NCBI GenBank assembly: GCA_965262715.1
Contig: OZ253553.1
Location: 2,144,001 to 2,208,000, forward strand
Origin: Bdellovibrionales bacterium
Lineage (GTDB): Bacteria; Bdellovibrionota; Bdellovibrionia; Bdellovibrionales; JAUICD01
DNA: 64,000 nucleotides
Direction of reading: 5' to 3'
This document shows positions 22,384 through 31,619 of the stretch, in pieces. The notes beneath the pieces are model-generated. The model did no database searches. It was not told the DNA's origin and saw nothing but the letters and a program-made list of their open reading frames with translations. The stretch's first letter is position 1; every line of letters begins with the position of its first letter. Both the position numbers and the translations under genes were made by a program.

Positions 22384-24561
22384 ATGAAAGTATTAACTTT
22401 ATATCATTCTCATAATCAAGTTGCAGAATACAATATACAAGACAGTCAAGAAATTATTATTGGCAGAGGTCAAGATTGCACTATTAGTATTGATGATCAT
22501 GCCATTTCTCGAAAGCATTTACGTATCTTTTTTGAAAATAACCACTGGAATATTGAGTGCATCTCAAGACTAGGCCAGCTTAAAGGAAATGATGGCCATG
22601 TCTTTTCTCAGAAAAAAATAGATACAGATTCAAATTTTGAGTTTTGGATGGCAAATTATAAGGTCTGTATATCAGATGCTACCACTCAAAAGTCTACAGA
22701 TGATAATAAAGATATCTCAAGTCCTGAAAACACATCCCTTATGGTACTTCCAGATCAAGATCAAAAAGATGATATGTCAAACGATCTAGCAAATTTGAAT
22801 GCTGACAATATAAATAATCTTGAAAACTCACAGCTTATTCCATTAGAAGACAATATGGAAAATAATAAAAGTTTATCTAGCACGAACTCATCAAGCGCAT
22901 CACTTCATGTACCTGATGAAAAATCAAGTGTTCCAAGTAACGAAGATAGTCAAAGAACTCAACTTGTTCAACAAGGAGTACACTCAGCTCACTTAGAAGC
23001 TAGGTTAAAGGTTTTAAAGAAAATTGGTGAAGAAGAACAATTCGTGTTAAAAGGAACAAAATGGGTTATTGGTCGATCAAAAAATTGTGAAGTTTTATTA
23101 AATCATCCCAAAATCAGCCGCACACATTGTGAGATTATTTATATAGAAGATGAGTATTATATTAAGGACCTAAAAAGCGCAAATGGAACATCTGTTAATG
23201 GTAAAAAGATCAGTCATCTTCAAGCTACTCTCTTACAATCTAATGATCATATTCATATAGAAGATTTAATGTTATGTTTTGAGCTTTATAATACAGACAT
23301 AGAAGAAAAACTTAGCGATTTAAATTCTGAAAAAGAGATCCCTCACTCTCCGACAATAGATGCTCCTTCAGGTGCTCCTTCAGGTCCTCCTTCACACGCT
23401 CCCTCAGATGCGTTTGTAAATACACCTAATAATTCATCACTTCAACCTATCAATAATCAAGTCCCAGGAGTTGTTCGCATTCCTTCAAATGTTAAAAATA
23501 AAAAATTTAATAAGAAAAAACTTATTCGGTTTGCTGTCATTGCTTTAATAGCTACCATCGGTTATATTTCAATTTTTGATGACTCACAAGAAATAAGCTC
23601 TAAATCACAGCCTTCAAAAAGTAATTTAGATGGAGATGAATTTGAAAAACTAACACCTGAACAAAAAAGTACTGTGGTCAATAGTTACAAAGTGGCAAAA
23701 GAGTTACAGAATCAAAGTAAGTTCAGAGTGGCCCTTACAGAAATTCAAAAAATCCATGCGCTAATATCTTCATATAGAGACTCTAAAGATATTGAAAAAA
23801 ATTTAGAAGCATCCCTTGAAACACTGAGGCAAGCTGAAGAAATAAATCAAAGAATAGAAGAAGAACAAAGATTAAAGCAAGAAGTAGTAAGGATTATCAA
23901 TCGTTGTAAAAAAGAAGCTCAAACTTACACAGACCTCACACGCTTGCAAGACTGTCTTCAACCAGCAATAGAAAGAGATCCAGAAAATTCAAGCTATCAA
24001 TCATTAATAGAAGAAATGAAGGATAAAATTATCAAAGAGGAAATGAGAAACAAAAATAAAGCAAGATATTTAGCAAGTGTAAGATCAGGAAAAAAGCTTC
24101 ATGAAAAAGCTGAATCTCTACACGATAAACAACAACTATTAAATGCCATTGATGCTTATCAAAAACATATAAAATCTAAATATCCTGACCCAAGTAAATT
24201 AAAAGACAAGTCAAAGATGTCAATGGATCAAATACGTAAAACCATTACTGATAAAATCACTTTTTATCAAAAGAAAGCTGATGAAAGAATAAAAGCAAAG
24301 GATCATAAAGGTGCTATTTCACTTTTGAAAAAGACATTGGAATTAGATCCATCTCTTGTTTCTTCTAAAAAGAAAATAACAGAATATTCAATAACGCTTA
24401 CAAAGCAAATGAAGATTTTATACTCAGAAAGCATATTAGATGAAAGCTTAGGACACCTTGAAGAGGCTAAGGAAAGATGGAGAAAAATATTCAAACTGGA
24501 TGTTTTAGATGGAGAATATTACAAAAAAGCCAAAATCAAATTAACAAAATATGAACTATAA
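22384..24561 (+). CDS. double FHA-domain protein with TM and TPR-like region
   Basis: Two FHA motifs (IGRGQDC..ISRKH; IGRSKNC..ISRTH..DLKSANGT), TM, helical repeats. Confidence 0.85.
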   Translation: MKVLTLYHSHNQVAEYNIQDSQEIIIGRGQDCTISIDDHAISRKHLRIFFENNHWNIECISRLGQLKGNDGHVFSQKKIDTDSNFEFWMANYKVCISDATTQKSTDDNKDISSPENTSLMVLPDQDQKDDMSNDLANLNADNINNLENSQLIPLEDNMENNKSLSSTNSSSASLHVPDEKSSVPSNEDSQRTQLVQQGVHSAHLEARLKVLKKIGEEEQFVLKGTKWVIGRSKNCEVLLNHPKISRTHCEIIYIEDEYYIKDLKSANGTSVNGKKISHLQATLLQSNDHIHIEDLMLCFELYNTDIEEKLSDLNSEKEIPHSPTIDAPSGAPSGPPSHAPSDAFVNTPNNSSLQPINNQVPGVVRIPSNVKNKKFNKKKLIRFAVIALIATIGYISIFDDSQEISSKSQPSKSNLDGDEFEKLTPEQKSTVVNSYKVAKELQNQSKFRVALTEIQKIHALISSYRDSKDIEKNLEASLETLRQAEEINQRIEEEQRLKQEVVRIINRCKKEAQTYTDLTRLQDCLQPAIERDPENSSYQSLIEEMKDKIIKEEMRNKNKARYLASVRSGKKLHEKAESLHDKQQLLNAIDAYQKHIKSKYPDPSKLKDKSKMSMDQIRKTITDKITFYQKKADERIKAKDHKGAISLLKKTLELDPSLVSSKKKITEYSITLTKQMKILYSESILDESLGHLEEAKERWRKIFKLDVLDGEYYKKAKIKLTKYEL

Positions 24562-24668
24562 CCTTAGGTTTATGACCAGTTAGCTTTCTTTTTTTCTGGG
24601 ATCTCGCAGTCGGGCAAGCTGTTTGTTTTGAGCTTTAAAGTTATAAGTCTATATCAAATCCAATACAG

Positions 24669-25614
24669 CTATAAGGCTGCATTTGTTTCATCTAGATAGA
24701 GCCTTGTTTGTACAGAGCAGGCATTTGGATCATTATTTAATAGATGGGTTGGATAAACTTGTCCTTCAATATATTTACTTCCAAAGTCTCCTCTTTTTGA
24801 AAAGAGTTCTCTATAAAGTTCTTGTCGAAGGATTGGATCTTCATTTAGATCAAGTTTATGTAAAGATGATCTTTGTGTATACATAATGGATCTTACTACT
24901 TCTTGTTCATGGTCTCGGTCAAGATCAGCATGTCCTAATTCATGAAAAAGAAATATTTCTTTATTAACAATAATGTGTCTGCTGTCAAAAAAAGTGCCCA
25001 TAACTTCAAAGTTAAAATTTCTTGCTAAACGACTAACTTGCCTCCAAGTTTCACTATCTGACCTATAAAAAAGAATCTTGATAGGATAATCAAACTCTTC
25101 TTTGCCTGTAATTTCGTTTTTTATAGTGAGATATCTTTCAATATAAGGTAAAAACTCAGGGTGTGTTTCTGCATCTGCCCATGTTTGACGGAAATCAGCT
25201 ATACAACTTGTAGGAACAAGTTCGGGAAGGAAAATAGGCCAGAAGCGTTTAGACCAATCAGCATTAGCGTCTAATGCCGCATCTCTTGCCATTAAATATT
25301 CTGTCATCTCTTCATTTCTGTTTTTAAGAGCCCAATAAAAAGCAGTTCGCCCAAAGCTGTCTGGTTGGTTGATATTTGCTCCCATCTCTATAAGAGCTAT
25401 TGCAATTTCATTTTGCCCAAAAATAATTGCCTCATGAAGAAGAGTTACTCCTTCTTCATCTGATGTATCAATATCTACTCCAGTAAGTAAAGACTCTACT
25501 ACATACTCCAGATCACCTCTAAACATTGCATTAGACATATCATGGTCTTGAGCATAAACAAAACTGTTCAAGTATAAAAATAATAAAATATAAAATAACT
25601 TTTTGATAAAACAT
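24669..25614 (-). CDS. ankyrin-repeat protein with HELGH zinc-peptidase motif; start apparently out of frame by 1 nt
   Basis: GVTLLHEA and GRTAFYWA ankyrin repeats; FHELGH. The signal-like IKKLFYILLFLYLNSFVYA is in frame, but ATG 25614 is offset by one extra T (ATG TTTT ATC). Confidence 0.7.
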
Positions 25615-25887
25615 CCTTACTTAAAAACTATTTTTTAAATTTCTAGTTTTTGAAATAAACAATAACCTGTATCGTCGCCTAAATTCCTTCTTAATCAACT
25701 TTGTAGAAAATTACATTCTACCTTAACTACCTTCTCATTAAAGCACAGCTAATCACTTTTCTTTTAATACGTATTAACTACCCTTACAATTAAATAATAT
25801 GTAATTAAGATAAATATAAAGCTTCCATTATAAAATAAGGTTTATAACTAGATAAGCTTTCTTTATTCCAGTATCTGGCAAATAAGG

Positions 25888-26125
25888 CAATACCTAGAAA
25901 GCCTGATCATTTTTTAGAAAGAAGATACCCTTCGTTTTTTTACACAATACTAAAGAAATTGGTTTATTTCCTTACTTTATCTCACACTTCCTCTCTTTAA
26001 CAAATCATCCAAATCTTTATAGCAAAGTACAATTTGATGCATAAGCTAAACGACGAGACCTTCCGTAGAAAAATTCCCGGTGGCAATTTCTCGAGGACTT
26101 CGAGGGTTTAACTTATGCCTCAAAT
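25888..26125 (-). repeat. modular structured repeat (degenerate core plus second hairpin module)
   Basis: Collinear similarity to 26720..26944 (caaatca.tccaaatctttata; gaga.cttccg...ctcgaggacttc). Confidence 0.6.
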
Positions 26126-26207
26126 CAAAGCTTTCAAAAATGTTGTTCTAGACATCCTATTGCAGAAAGCGATCAAAATAATACAGATTAGATGTTAAAA
26201 ACAAAGG

Positions 26208-26555
26208 CTATTTTTGCATATAGGAAGCACCTTCAAAAACTGCACCTTCTTCAATCTTAAGGCTAGGAGTGGTCACTGTGCCCTTAAGTATGGCAGGTGG
26301 GTGCATTACAACTTGCTCTTGAGCAAAGATATTACCTTTTACAGTGCCAGAAACAATGACAGTATTAGCTTCAATCTGTGCCTCAACATCAGCACCAGGA
26401 TCTACCACTAAAGTGTCTTTTGTGAATATCTCCCCACGAAATTTTCCACCAATGCGCACAACACCCTCAAAAGTCAAATTACCCTCAAAGGTTGCTCCCT
26501 TATCTAATAAGGCAGTGACATGATGAAAATCTTTATTGTTTGTTATACCTGCCAT
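26208..26555 (-). CDS. bactofilin (polymer-forming cytoskeletal protein)
   Basis: FEGNLTFEGVVRIGGKFRGEI...IEEGAVFEG beta-helix pattern; downstream of parB. Confidence 0.92.
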   Translation of the reverse strand: MAGITNNKDFHHVTALLDKGATFEGNLTFEGVVRIGGKFRGEIFTKDTLVVDPGADVEAQIEANTVIVSGTVKGNIFAQEQVVMHPPAILKGTVTTPSLKIEEGAVFEGASYMQK

Positions 26556-26623
26556 TTTCTAACCTGTTTTTAAAATCAAAAAATTTATTATCTTTTATAA
26601 GTTTACTGATATTTACATCAATA

Positions 26624-26639
26624 TGTTCCACGTGGAACA
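26624..26639. promoter_or_regulatory. parS centromere site
   Basis: Perfect palindrome TGTTCCACGTGGAACA near parB. Confidence 0.92.
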
Positions 26640-26641
26640 TT

Positions 26642-26944
26642 TTTCACTCAAAATAAACCAGCCTCTGGCTGTTTTTGGGCAATGACCCCGATGGTCTTAC
26701 GCCATCGGAAAATGGTCATTGCCTCAAAAATCCGTTTATCTTGAGTAGAGAGACTCCCTTCATTTTTTAACAAAATGTTAAGGAAATCGTCCTTTTACTA
26801 TCTTCTTCTCTCTCCTGCAAATCACTCCAAATCTTTATAACTAAAAAAAGAGTTGATATTTTAAGTTAAAGGCGAGATCTTCCGCAGAGAGATCGCTACC
26901 AAAGCGATCTCTCGAGGACTTCTCGCCTTAACTTAAAATATTAA
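26642..26944 (-). repeat. modular structured repeat, most complete copy
   Basis: Core hairpin (ccgatgg/ccatcgg), purine-rich linker, and a long imperfect palindrome at 26853..26944. Confidence 0.7.
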
Positions 26945-27071
26945 ATCATTGCCTCAAAAGATTTTCCCTTGTCCTTTCTAAAAAACCCCTTACCCATCCA
27001 CTTTGAATAAAAAGATAGCTCTTTTATCTTACTTACATTATATTAAGGAAAATTTCCTCCTACTTATCTTT

Positions 27072-28016
27072 TTATGCTTTTACTGATGAAAGCTTCTCCG
27101 AAATAGCAGTTAATTGCTCATTAGAGTAATATTGAATAATGATTTGCCCTTTTCCATCTTTATGATGAATCACTTGTACCTTTGTGCCTAAACTTTTTTG
27201 TAAGTCTTCCGCCATCTTATGAATGATATTCCTTGTTAAACTTGCTATTTTTTTCGATGATTTAAGGTTAGCATGAGATGTCCTGTCAAGATTCTTTTTA
27301 ATTTCTGCCAATCTATGAACACTTAACTGTTTTTTCACAACTTGATGTGCCAATTGTTTTTGCCGTTTTGTATTACTTATACCTAAAAGCACTTTGGCAT
27401 GACCACTTGATATTTTACCCTCAGAAATAAGTTTTTGGACCTCTTTATCTAACTTTAATAAACGCAAGGCATTCGTGATAGTTGTACGGTCCTTACCTAC
27501 TTTTTGAGAAATATCTTCCTGAGTCATTTTGTGCTTTGATAACAATTCATAATATGCCAAAGCCTCTTCAATGGGATTTAAGTCTTCTCTTTGAATATTC
27601 TCGATCAAAGCAAGCTCTAAACCTGACTTCTCATCTATTTCTGTACCTTCTTTTATAATAGCTGGAATAGTTTTCAACCCAGCCATTTGACTAGCTCTCC
27701 ATCTTCTTTCTCCTGCAAGAATTTTAAAAGTAGAACTATCTGCCCTTTTGACTATAACCGGCTGTAAAATACCTTGCTGCTGTATGGAATTTGCTAATTC
27801 TTGCAATTTTGCTTTTTCAAAAACCTTTCGAGGTTGCGTTGTACCAGGTACAATCTTATGCAAAGCAATATTCCAAATACGTAAATCTACATTTTTATCT
27901 GTTGGTTCTATAAAAACATTGGCTTCAAACAAGCTATCTAAACCTCTTCCAAGAGGTTTAGATAGTGCCTTTCTAGACCTATTAGCTTTTTTGCCAATTT
28001 TATTTGTATTTAACAT
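27072..28016 (-). CDS. parB: chromosome partitioning protein ParB
   Basis: LGRGLDSL, QPRK, GILQPVIV, AGERRWRA, LIENIQREDL, HTH. Confidence 0.97.
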   Translation of the reverse strand: MLNTNKIGKKANRSRKALSKPLGRGLDSLFEANVFIEPTDKNVDLRIWNIALHKIVPGTTQPRKVFEKAKLQELANSIQQQGILQPVIVKRADSSTFKILAGERRWRASQMAGLKTIPAIIKEGTEIDEKSGLELALIENIQREDLNPIEEALAYYELLSKHKMTQEDISQKVGKDRTTITNALRLLKLDKEVQKLISEGKISSGHAKVLLGISNTKRQKQLAHQVVKKQLSVHRLAEIKKNLDRTSHANLKSSKKIASLTRNIIHKMAEDLQKSLGTKVQVIHHKDGKGQIIIQYYSNEQLTAISEKLSSVKA

Positions 28017-28858
28017 AATTGATCCTTTTTTGCTTGAGTCATTTTAATTGGTTTTTGCAATGAAATTGAATCGCTATTTTGAATTTGTTCATCTAACTCT
28101 TCTGCAAGTTTCTGATAACAAATCGCTCCAACAGATCTAGAATCATAATCAAAAATGCAAAGTCCATGACTGGGAGCTTCACTTAACTTAACATTTCTAG
28201 GAATAACGCTTTTAAACACTTGCTTACTAAAATGCTGATTGGTTTCAGCAATAATTTGATGAGATAACCTATTTCTGACATCAAACATGGTAAATAAAAT
28301 GCCTTGCATATTCAGTTTTGGATTGAGCTTTTTCTTAATCAAGCTGGCTGTATTAAGAAGCTGGCTTAACCCTTCCAATGCATAATACTCACACTGCAAA
28401 GGGACTATAAACGACTTAGCAGCTGTTAATGCGTTGATAGTCAATAGATTAAGAGAAGGAGGTGCATCTATTAAAATATAATCTAAAAGACTGTTTTTAG
28501 AGGGTTTTTTACTTTGATGTTTCATAAAATGAGAGATGCTATCTGATAATAAGTGCTCCCTACGAGATATATCAACAAGCTCTACCTCAGTTCCTGCAAG
28601 ATGAGAGTTAGCAGGAACCAGACTTAAGTTGGGAACTGAAGTCTCCATCATTACATCAAGAAGAGTTTTTTGACCAATCAGAACATTATAAATAGTGTCT
28701 TCTTTTCTTATACCAAGACCGCTAGAAGCATTAGCTTGAGGGTCCATATCAATAAGCAATATCTTTCGACCTAAACGTGCAAGTCCAGCCGCAAGGTTGA
28801 TGGCAGTCGTTGTTTTGCCTACACCTCCCTTTTGATTCACAATACAAATAGATTTCAT
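28010..28858 (-). CDS. parA: chromosome partitioning ATPase ParA/Soj
   Basis: NQKGGVGKTTT, DMDPQAN, IPRNVKLSEAPSHG. Confidence 0.97.
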   Translation of the reverse strand: MKSICIVNQKGGVGKTTTAINLAAGLARLGRKILLIDMDPQANASSGLGIRKEDTIYNVLIGQKTLLDVMMETSVPNLSLVPANSHLAGTEVELVDISRREHLLSDSISHFMKHQSKKPSKNSLLDYILIDAPPSLNLLTINALTAAKSFIVPLQCEYYALEGLSQLLNTASLIKKKLNPKLNMQGILFTMFDVRNRLSHQIIAETNQHFSKQVFKSVIPRNVKLSEAPSHGLCIFDYDSRSVGAICYQKLAEELDEQIQNSDSISLQKPIKMTQAKKDQLC

Positions 28859-29020
28859 AATACAACCGCATCTTGTTTCAGTAAGGAGAATACCCTTGTT
28901 CCAAAACAACCTCCCCTACTCTAATGAACTTTAGAATCACTTTTGATGACACGCAAGTGAATTTTAAACATATTTAAGTAAAAGTAAGCATTTCCTTAAT
29001 AGGCACTTTTAGTGAGACAG

Positions 29021-29147
29021 GTTCCCTTAACATGATGTTAAAGGACAAGAGGTATCTGCTTTACTCAAAATGAACGGATTTTTGAGGCAACAACCATTTT
29101 CCGATGGCGCAAGACCATCGGGGTCATTGCCCAAAAACAACCAGAGG
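29021..29147 (+). repeat. structured repeat copy
   Basis: Closely matches the reverse complement of 26660..26750. Confidence 0.75.
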
Positions 29148-29197
29148 TGTGAGAGTGTATTGTTTTTTAGAAAAACAAGAAAAAATCTTTGGAGTTA

Positions 29198-29342
29198 TGA
29201 TTTGGAGTGATTTGTAAGGGAGAAAGAGAAGAAGATAGTAAAAGGACATTTTCCCTAACATTTTGTTAAAAAATGAGGGGTACCTCGTTTACTAAAATGC
29301 ATCAGTTTTTCTAGGCAGAGGCGAAATGCATTTTAGTGAAAA
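29198..29342 (+). repeat. structured repeat copy with internal deletion
   Basis: Reverse-complement match to 26750..26832, followed by TTTACTAAAATGCAT...ATGCATTTTAGTGAAA. Confidence 0.7.
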
Positions 29343-29350
29343 GCGAAACG

Positions 29351-29366
29351 GGTTCCACGTGGAACA
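29351..29366. promoter_or_regulatory. parS centromere site
   Basis: GGTTCCACGTGGAACA, one mismatch from the palindrome. Confidence 0.88.
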
Positions 29367-29473
29367 CTCTAAGTAAATACTATTTTTATAAGAAACAACA
29401 ACTGCTTACACCCTTCACCCTATCATAAACACCTCCTTTTGTTATAGTCACTCCTATTAATAAAAGCGAAAAG

Positions 29474-29893
29474 TTGCCTAGGTGTCATGTACACCACAAT
29501 CATCCAGGGAAAGAATTGCTCAAAAATGGAGCTGATCCAGATATTAAGGATAGTCAACTTCGAAGTGCCTTAATGTTTGCCAGTGCTACAAGCTTTATCC
29601 CTGGAGTAGAAATTCTTATTGAATATAACGCTGATGTAAATGCAAATACTGCTATATCTCCAGAATCAGACCTAGCTATAAGAGCTGCAATGAGACGCAC
29701 AAAACTTGATGAGTATCTCACTTTCGATCCAAATAACTTTATATCACCTATGATTTGTGCAGATATAATAGATATTCTAGTAAGTCCTAATAATACTGAA
29801 AGGATTAGAGAGATACTCTCAGAAGCTGGAGCTGATGCTCTGTCAGACAATACTGAAATAACAAGTTACCATATAAGTCGATGTCTGGGATAG
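29474..29893 (+). pseudogene. ankyrin-repeat gene fragment
   Basis: LLKNGADPDIKD..RSALMFA..LIEYNADVN; starts mid-repeat with no credible start; flanked by repeats. Confidence 0.55.
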
Positions 29894-29916
29894 AGCTGGT
29901 GGTTCGAGACAGTTAT

Positions 29917-30274
29917 TAGAAGCCATCTCAAAAATGAATGCTCCTAGAGAGAAAAGTTTTAAAAAAGATACCAGTTTTGCATTTAATTTATTTCACTCAA
30001 AATGAATAGAAGACAAGCCTTTTATACAAGAAATTAGAGGTAATAGGTACAAACGTTTATAGACTTTTACTGAAACAGCACGATTCCCTTAACATGATGT
30101 TAAATAATGAGGAGTATCTCGTTTACTAAAATGCATCAGGCTTTCTAGGTCAGCTATTTGCTGACGATGTGAATCGTCAGGCTGACTACCAGAAAGTCGC
30201 CAGAGGCTAGCCTCGAGAGGCGAGATGCATTTTAGTGAAAATAGATTAAACTTTTATTTTTGAGACCGCTTCTA
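29917..30274. mobile_element. MITE-like element, copy B (contains a structured repeat at 30083..30240)
   Basis: TAGAAGCCATCTCAAAAAT...ATTTTTGAGACCGCTTCTA; long blocks match the reverse complement of 10976..11306. Confidence 0.7.
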
Positions 30275-30323
30275 GATTTAATTCTCATTTTTTTGAAAGT
30301 GCTTCTTAAATTACCTGGTGCTT

Positions 30324-31169
30324 TTACTGCCAACCTGTACTATCATCACTATCTGAAGGAGGTCTTGAGTTATTATTTGAAATAAGCCCAGCCAGACGTC
30401 CTGAACTAACACCTTTACAAAAACGATGTCTATGAGATACTTTACGTAAACCATCAGCAAAATATTGATAACGCGAACCCTTAAACCCAAAAATTTGAAC
30501 ACTCCGGTAGTGTTCAGCAATTGGCCCTACTACAGCAGATCTCTGACCTAATGCAGCAATTACAGGCTTTAAAGTACTTTGTCCACTAACAATATACGAG
30601 TTATATGGTGCCTTATCTAATAAACTTGCTAAACTGTCAAGGTCACGATAAGTGAGCTTATTTTTTGAATAAAGTTTTTCTAAAGCATCTTCAGATTCTC
30701 TGACGGCTTCTCCACAATACTCCATCAAATAAATATCTGGTTCATCCGTTCCATACAATTTCAATATTGCGCGGCTATCACCACTGCGACAAACAGCTTC
30801 TTGGCAGTAATCTTGTAAATGAATTATACGATCTTCTATAAAACCTAAGATTTGATCCCCATGAGGTACTTCATCATCTGCATTTGTCACACCTTCACCA
30901 CTACAAATATATTCTCGTTTCAATTCAGATAAGACAGCTACAATAGAGGCCACTCCATCATCATCAGTTAAGGTTTGTCTTTCGCATTCTGTCTGACCAT
31001 GATTACAAAAAACAAAGTTCAATTTGACATTATCACCATCTCTTTCAATACCACTTAGACCATGTGGTTCAGATTGACCTTGTGTCCATCCTATTTGACT
31101 GACTATAAGTAAAGTGATTCCAAAAAATATAAGATAGAAGTATTGATTCATTGACAGTTTCATTTTCAA
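30324..31169 (-). CDS. secreted Cys-containing hypothetical protein
   Basis: Signal peptide; ATGA overlap with the upstream ORF. Confidence 0.6.
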   Translation of the reverse strand: MKMKLSMNQYFYLIFFGITLLIVSQIGWTQGQSEPHGLSGIERDGDNVKLNFVFCNHGQTECERQTLTDDDGVASIVAVLSELKREYICSGEGVTNADDEVPHGDQILGFIEDRIIHLQDYCQEAVCRSGDSRAILKLYGTDEPDIYLMEYCGEAVRESEDALEKLYSKNKLTYRDLDSLASLLDKAPYNSYIVSGQSTLKPVIAALGQRSAVVGPIAEHYRSVQIFGFKGSRYQYFADGLRKVSHRHRFCKGVSSGRLAGLISNNNSRPPSDSDDSTGWQ

Positions 31170-31525
31170 TCCTTTGATACTTTACTTCTTGTACTTTTAA
31201 ACTTCGAGCGCGCTTTACTAGCAGGTTGCCTTCTATGTTTTCTAATCTTCTTATAAGACAGTATAGCATTAGAAGGAATGCCCAATTGTATTCTTCGGCC
31301 TATTCTCTTATTCATTTCTTTTTTTAGATGTGGAGTTAACTTGGAGTTTTGAACTTCGATCAATGCATTATTTGTCTTAACTTGATACATGCCATTTTTA
31401 TAAGACTGCACAGCCCCATTTATATGAATATAAAATCCTGCAAAACTTTGCTCTGCTAAGCTTAGAAAAAAAAAGATAAAAAATGAAAGAAGACTTATTA
31501 CAAGTGCTTTTAATGTTTTCATCAC
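31166..31525 (-). CDS. secreted hypothetical protein with basic C-terminus
   Basis: Signal peptide ending SFA; RRQPAS and a K/R-rich tail. Confidence 0.6.
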   Translation of the reverse strand: MMKTLKALVISLLSFFIFFFLSLAEQSFAGFYIHINGAVQSYKNGMYQVKTNNALIEVQNSKLTPHLKKEMNKRIGRRIQLGIPSNAILSYKKIRKHRRQPASKARSKFKSTRSKVSKD

Positions 31526-31619
31526 AGAACCTTTGATATCAATACAATGTATATATATCGATCAATATGATTGAAAACTTTAGCTATTTGATATATTTTA
31601 GGTTTCTATTGAATGCGAT

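Noticed and set aside
25600..30300. Replication origin near parAB
   Set aside because: No dnaA/dnaN or mnmG genes, and no cluster of TTATCCACA-type boxes was seen
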